Shown here: piece by piece, positions 59,773-64,000 of the stretch
Position numbering within the stretch: the first letter of the stretch is position 1
Layout: every line of letters begins with the position of its first letter
From: an uncultured Pseudomonadota bacterium
GTDB taxonomy: Bacteria; Oederibacteriota; Muellerivitia; Muellerivitales; Muellerivitaceae
Length of the DNA: 64,000 nt
NCBI GenBank assembly: GCA_963770835.1
Contig: CAVYRH010000026.1
Coordinates: 352,001-416,000, forward strand
Direction of reading: 5' to 3'
Notes under the pieces: model-generated
Told to the model about the DNA's origin: nothing
Databases searched by the model: none
The model's input: the letters and a program-made list of their open reading frames with translations, nothing else
Made by a program: the position numbers and the translations under genes

Positions 59773-59851
59773 AGTCCACAGTCGACAGTTCGCAGCTCAC
59801 AGCAAAATCTTAACGTCGTTGCTGTCGACTGTGGAGTGCCGACTGCCGGCT
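59773..59851. repeat. 7-bp-period inverted repeat between convergent genes
   Basis: CAGTCCA CAGTCGA CAGTTCG CAGCTCA CAGC ... GCTGTCGA CTGTGGA GTGCCGA CTG. Confidence 0.65.
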
Positions 59852-59856
59852 ATTTT

Positions 59857-61332
59857 TCAGAGGAAAAGAGTCGCGGAAACTTCGGTGCCGACCAGCCCAA
59901 TCGTATTAGAAGCATTATTCAAATCGCCGCTTTGTCCCAGCCAAAAACGGAAGTCCAACCGGCCAAAGGCCTTCTCGAGTCCCGCCCCCGCGTTGATGGT
60001 CGTCGTCAGGGCGCTGACGGAAGTGGCTGAATAGTCGTCCACCTCGGCTACGAGACCCAGGCGGAAGGCCAGGGTGGGGGAAACCCATTTTTCCCCGCCA
60101 AAGGCCAGCTGGTAATAAGAGTAGTTCAGGCCGGACAGGGACGAGGTGGTTCCCGGATTGTTGATGACGTCGCTGCCGTTGGTGTAACTCAGGCTCTTCC
60201 ACTGCAAGCCCATGGTGTATTCTTTGGGCGATTCCAGCCCGATTCCGAAAGAAGTACCGACCTGCTGTCGTTCCTTGTTGTCGGACACAGACCCGGTTGT
60301 CCTTAAGACATCCTGGTTATAGAAGTAACCGTCCAAATCCCCGCCCATCTTGAGGTTTTCCATTTCCGAAAGGGGAAGGGAAAGCTTGAAAGCGCCCGAC
60401 AGGTTCATCGATTGGTAGAGGTCTGAATGATATTTGTTCAGGTTTCCGAAATCCGGGGAGGTGAATGGAACCGATTCCTCAAAATCAGTATCGGTATTGA
60501 CCAGGGAAGCGGTAAAGCGGATTTTGGCGATGGAGGGAAGTTCATACAATAATTCGGCGCTCCACTGGGTGTAGTCGGTGGTGGCATTACTTTGGCTTAC
60601 GGTGAAGGAGGGGGAATTGTAGTAGAAGACGTTGAGACTTTTATTGAGGGGCGCGGAACCCAATTGGGTCTCAAAATAACCCCCGGCCTGCCAACGGGGG
60701 TCCTGGGGGGAGGTTGGACCGGGAAATGTGGTGATGAAGCCGGATTTGATAAAAAGCTGGTTTTGGCTGGCCGAGCCGGAAGCCAGCCCCACATTGGCAT
60801 TGTAGAGGCCGGGGTCATTGGCGGTGTCGTTTTCCATGTCCAGGATTTCCAGGCCCAGTGCGGCGAAGGGAAGGGCATAGGCGGCCCGGACCAGCCCGCG
60901 GTATTGGGAATCGGTTTCGCTGTCGTTGGAGTAATTGGCGGAAGGGACCCCCTGGTTGATAAGGGCGTCCCCCGTGACCTGCAGCGCCCAGTGGGGATCG
61001 GGAAAGAGCATTAAGCCCTCATATTTGATGGGGGTGTCGGTATAGCGGGGGATAGTAGTGAAGATTTGCTGTTTGTTAGTCCCCCAGGGGCCCTCCTGAT
61101 CCGAGTAGGACCATTCGCCCGAAAGGTCGAAGCGGTCCTTGGTGTTCAGGAGGACAAGGCCCGCGGGATTGCCATCCAGGAACAGATCCAGGTTGTCGGT
61201 TTCGTCGTCCAAGACCGTGGTCAGGCCGCCCGTGGCGTCCACCCGGGTCTCAGAAGCCCAACCCGCAGTGGTGGGCAGGACGCAAGCCGCCACGAAGGCC
61301 AGCCTAAAAGTCATTTGGGAAAAGGTCTTCAT
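59857..61332 (-). CDS. Putative outer-membrane beta-barrel protein
   Basis: Signal peptide (AGWA/SE), GNPAGL near the N-terminus, GGEKW...FRLG near the C-terminus. Confidence 0.6.
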   Translation of the reverse strand: MKTFSQMTFRLAFVAACVLPTTAGWASETRVDATGGLTTVLDDETDNLDLFLDGNPAGLVLLNTKDRFDLSGEWSYSDQEGPWGTNKQQIFTTIPRYTDTPIKYEGLMLFPDPHWALQVTGDALINQGVPSANYSNDSETDSQYRGLVRAAYALPFAALGLEILDMENDTANDPGLYNANVGLASGSASQNQLFIKSGFITTFPGPTSPQDPRWQAGGYFETQLGSAPLNKSLNVFYYNSPSFTVSQSNATTDYTQWSAELLYELPSIAKIRFTASLVNTDTDFEESVPFTSPDFGNLNKYHSDLYQSMNLSGAFKLSLPLSEMENLKMGGDLDGYFYNQDVLRTTGSVSDNKERQQVGTSFGIGLESPKEYTMGLQWKSLSYTNGSDVINNPGTTSSLSGLNYSYYQLAFGGEKWVSPTLAFRLGLVAEVDDYSATSVSALTTTINAGAGLEKAFGRLDFRFWLGQSGDLNNASNTIGLVGTEVSATLFL

Positions 61333-61654
61333 CGGTCCCCGGCAGAAAGGTGGGTTTCGCCCTAACAGCGGGCGCCAGTATATCACGGGAAACCCTTTTG
61401 ATCCGCCCAGGAAAACCGTTAAAATAGAACCGAGGAACAACATTTAATCCTTGGCCGCGGGAGCGGCCGGGGACAACGCTGAGGCCGCGATCTGTCGACA
61501 GTCGTTGGTTCTTCCGCGAAAAATTCCAACCGCGAAATTTTGGACTTCCCCCAAATGCGGTGAACCACTTGATAAAGATTCTAAGTCCACGAGCATCCAT
61601 CGCGTAAAGCGTAAAGAAGGATGTTTTTGGACGGCTGTTGGAACAGAGGCAAGC

Positions 61655-64000
61655 ATGGGCGCCAAAATCACTAAACCCGTCCGATACGGGGAACAAATTG
61701 AACTGGAAATCACCTCGCTGGCTTTCGGCGGCGATTCGGTGGGGCGGTTCCAGGACTTCGCCCTTTTCGTCCCAGGGGGGCTCCCCGGGGAAAGGGTGCG
61801 AGTGCGCGTCACCCAGGTAAAGGACCACTACGCCACGGGGGAAATCCTCTCCATCCTGAGGCCTTCGCCCGAACGCGTCACGCCCAACTGCGGCATCTTC
61901 GAGGAATGCGGCGGCTGCCAGTGGCAGCACTTGAACTACCCAACCCAACTCAAGACCAAGCGGCAGTTCGTGGTGGATTCCCTGGCGCGAATCGGACGCC
62001 TCAGCAACGTGACGGTCCAACCCTGCCTGCCATCCCCATCGCCTTACGCTTACCGCAATAAGGCCATGCCGGTCGTTTCCATGCGCGACGGCCATTTTGT
62101 CACCGGCATCTACGAGCCCCGTTCCCACCACTTGGTGCCCTACCACACCTGTCCCATCCAGGCCGATGAAATCAACGACCTCCTCCAGAAGGTTCTCCAG
62201 AAAATCGAACGCTCGGGCTTGACGCCCTATCAGGAAAAGAAACACGAGGGGTTCCTGCGCCACCTGGCCGTGCGGCGGGGGGTCAAGACCGGCGAAACAA
62301 TCCTGGCCTTCGTCACCCGCACCGAGACGCCGGAAGATCTGGTGCAAAAACCCACCCTCCTGCCGGAGGAATTGGGAGAAATCCTGCCCCGCATCGCCCG
62401 TGAACTGGCAGCCGAAGTGCCTGGCTTGGTGGGTGTGCTGCAAAACGTCAATCCCTCCCGAACCAATATCGTCTTCGGGCCCACCACCCGGGTGCTTTCG
62501 GGCCGGGACCATTATTTCGAGGTGATCGACGGCCTTCAGTTGAAAGTGTCCCTGAAATCATTCCTTCAAGTCAACACCCTCCAGGCCGACCTCCTCCACG
62601 CGCTAGTGCGGGAGGCCCTGGGCGAACCCAAGCACAAAAAGAAATGGGGCACGGTGCTGGACCTCTACAGCGGCATTGGCACGCTGGCCATGGCGGTTTC
62701 GGAAAAGGCTGATTACATCGTGGGCGTGGAGGAGGTCGGGGCCGCGGTTGACGATGCTCAATTCAACGCTGATCTCAACCGCAAGGGTAATATCGACTAC
62801 CTGGAAGGGGACGTGCCCCAGATCCTCCTGGGCTTGAAGGAAAAGGGCCTCGCGCAAATCGACGCCGCGATCCTGGACCCGCCGAGGAAGGGCGTATTGC
62901 CCGAGGTCTTGGCGCGCATAACGGCCTTCCATCCGGAGCGCTTGGTCTATGTTTCCTGCGACCCCGCCACCCTGGCGCGGGACCTGGCTCTCCTGGTCAA
63001 GCACGGGTTCTCGGTGGATTGGGCCCAGCCCTTGGATATGTTCCCCCAAACCTACCACGTGGAAACGGTGGTGCGGCTCACCCGCGAGACGCCCCTGCCG
63101 CCGGAGCTCTTGAGCCAGGAGGGCCGCCCCGAACTGGAGCCGTTCCGGCTCCCCAAGCCCGCCGAGCGGGTTTCCCTGAACATTTCAGCCAACTTCAACG
63201 CGCTAAAGGAAAAAACTTCCGAGTTTTTACGGGCGGGAGCCGAACAGGCCGCCGCGGCTTCGGCCCTCGTGGGTTCGGTTTTCCGGGCGGGCCTGGGCGG
63301 GGTCGGCCGGGGCCTCCAAGCTTTGGGGAAGGGCGCTAGTTCGGCTTTTCGGGCGAAGACAAAAGAGGGGGCACCGGAAAAGCTTGAGGGACCGCAGGTC
63401 CTTCCGAATTCAGCGGCGGTTGCCGCCCCATCGTCGGCGGATTTATCCAATCCGCCCCCGCGGCCTGCGTTGGAGGCAAAGCCTCCCATCCCAATCCTCC
63501 CGGCGGGGGAAGTCCTTTCCAAAACGGAAATCGAAAGCTTTTTTACCGGGGCGCAAATTTTAGGGGAAGAGGAAACCGCCGATCCAATGGAAGCTTCCGT
63601 GGAAAAAATCGAGGAAGCCATCGCCGCCCCCTTGTTCGAACCCAGTGTTGAAACTCCCTTAGAAGAGTCTCCCACGGCGTCTTACTCGGAAGTCACCCTA
63701 TCCGAATCCATACCACCTTCCGTGATCGAACCTTCAAAAATCGTTCCTTCACCTGAGCCGACGAAAGAGGAAAAAGCCGCGGAAAAGCCGGTTCACCTGG
63801 AATCCATCCCGGAACCCCCCTCACAAACTCTTCCTACGCTTTCCTCGCCGGTTTCCGCGCCTCCCGAAGCACCTGCGGCGCCGGTTTTGGAAAAAACCTT
63901 GGCGGATAATTCAACCTCCCAGGCGGAAATTCTAAAAGCCCTATTTGCCCCCGCGGCGCCGGCCGCCGCACCGGCGGAAACCCCCGGTGTGAAACCGCGA
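61655..64000 (+). CDS. rlmD: 23S rRNA m5U1939 methyltransferase with long C-terminal extension (3'-truncated by window; absent from the ORF track because it has no stop)
   Basis: TRAM domain, CGIFEECGGCQWQH, YRNK, SFLQVN, DLYSGIG, DPPRKG, YVSCDPATLARD, DMFPQTYHVE. Confidence 0.92.
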   Translation, partial: MGAKITKPVRYGEQIELEITSLAFGGDSVGRFQDFALFVPGGLPGERVRVRVTQVKDHYATGEILSILRPSPERVTPNCGIFEECGGCQWQHLNYPTQLKTKRQFVVDSLARIGRLSNVTVQPCLPSPSPYAYRNKAMPVVSMRDGHFVTGIYEPRSHHLVPYHTCPIQADEINDLLQKVLQKIERSGLTPYQEKKHEGFLRHLAVRRGVKTGETILAFVTRTETPEDLVQKPTLLPEELGEILPRIARELAAEVPGLVGVLQNVNPSRTNIVFGPTTRVLSGRDHYFEVIDGLQLKVSLKSFLQVNTLQADLLHALVREALGEPKHKKKWGTVLDLYSGIGTLAMAVSEKADYIVGVEEVGAAVDDAQFNADLNRKGNIDYLEGDVPQILLGLKEKGLAQIDAAILDPPRKGVLPEVLARITAFHPERLVYVSCDPATLARDLALLVKHGFSVDWAQPLDMFPQTYHVETVVRLTRETPLPPELLSQEGRPELEPFRLPKPAERVSLNISANFNALKEKTSEFLRAGAEQAAAASALVGSVFRAGLGGVGRGLQALGKGASSAFRAKTKEGAPEKLEGPQVLPNSAAVAAPSSADLSNPPPRPALEAKPPIPILPAGEVLSKTEIESFFTGAQILGEEETADPMEASVEKIEEAIAAPLFEPSVETPLEESPTASYSEVTLSESIPPSVIEPSKIVPSPEPTKEEKAAEKPVHLESIPEPPSQTLPTLSSPVSAPPEAPAAPVLEKTLADNSTSQAEILKALFAPAAPAAAPAETPGVKPR

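Noticed and set aside
61304..63675. Minus-strand ORFs 61304-62512, 62603-63058 and 63052-63675
   Set aside because: Shadows of plus-strand rlmD, which the ORF track omitted.

Overview
GC-rich bacterial chromosomal window, probably from a diderm (it encodes TolC- and beta-barrel-like proteins). No rRNA, tRNA or CRISPR was seen. 1-12.9 kb is a duplicated locus of secreted carbohydrate-active enzymes: two GH30 xylanase-like proteins, a CE4 deacetylase and a partial CBM3 protein. All end in T9SS/FlgD-like C-terminal domains, and the three complete ones have long Thr/Pro linkers. They are interleaved with two HTH-only mini-LacI genes and a PocR-AraC regulator, and share a phased upstream motif plus cre/LacI-like operators, one of which matches the operator upstream of the full-length lacI at 57.7 kb. 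13.3-26.9 kb holds a Rieske/split cytochrome b/octaheme cytochrome c complex and heme-A oxidase assembly genes without oxidase subunits, plus an IS5 element inserted into a palindromic repeat. 27-35 kb holds a PEBP-TPM-NTase-PEBP-LemA cluster, a GT2 and an IgGFc-binding-type secreted protein. 35.4-40.5 kb is an AT-rich island with DUF5131 and tcmP, the latter split by a frameshifted IS21. 40.6-64 kb holds dinB, membrane hypotheticals, a Cus-type efflux operon with a shortened CusB, a 231-bp MITE, sfsA, ferredoxin, PilZ, HDAC, DUF62, suhB, lacI, and rlmD with a long C-terminal extension running off the window. Several families of intergenic palindromic or periodic repeats are scattered throughout. 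All calls rest on motif recognition by eye; no searches were run.
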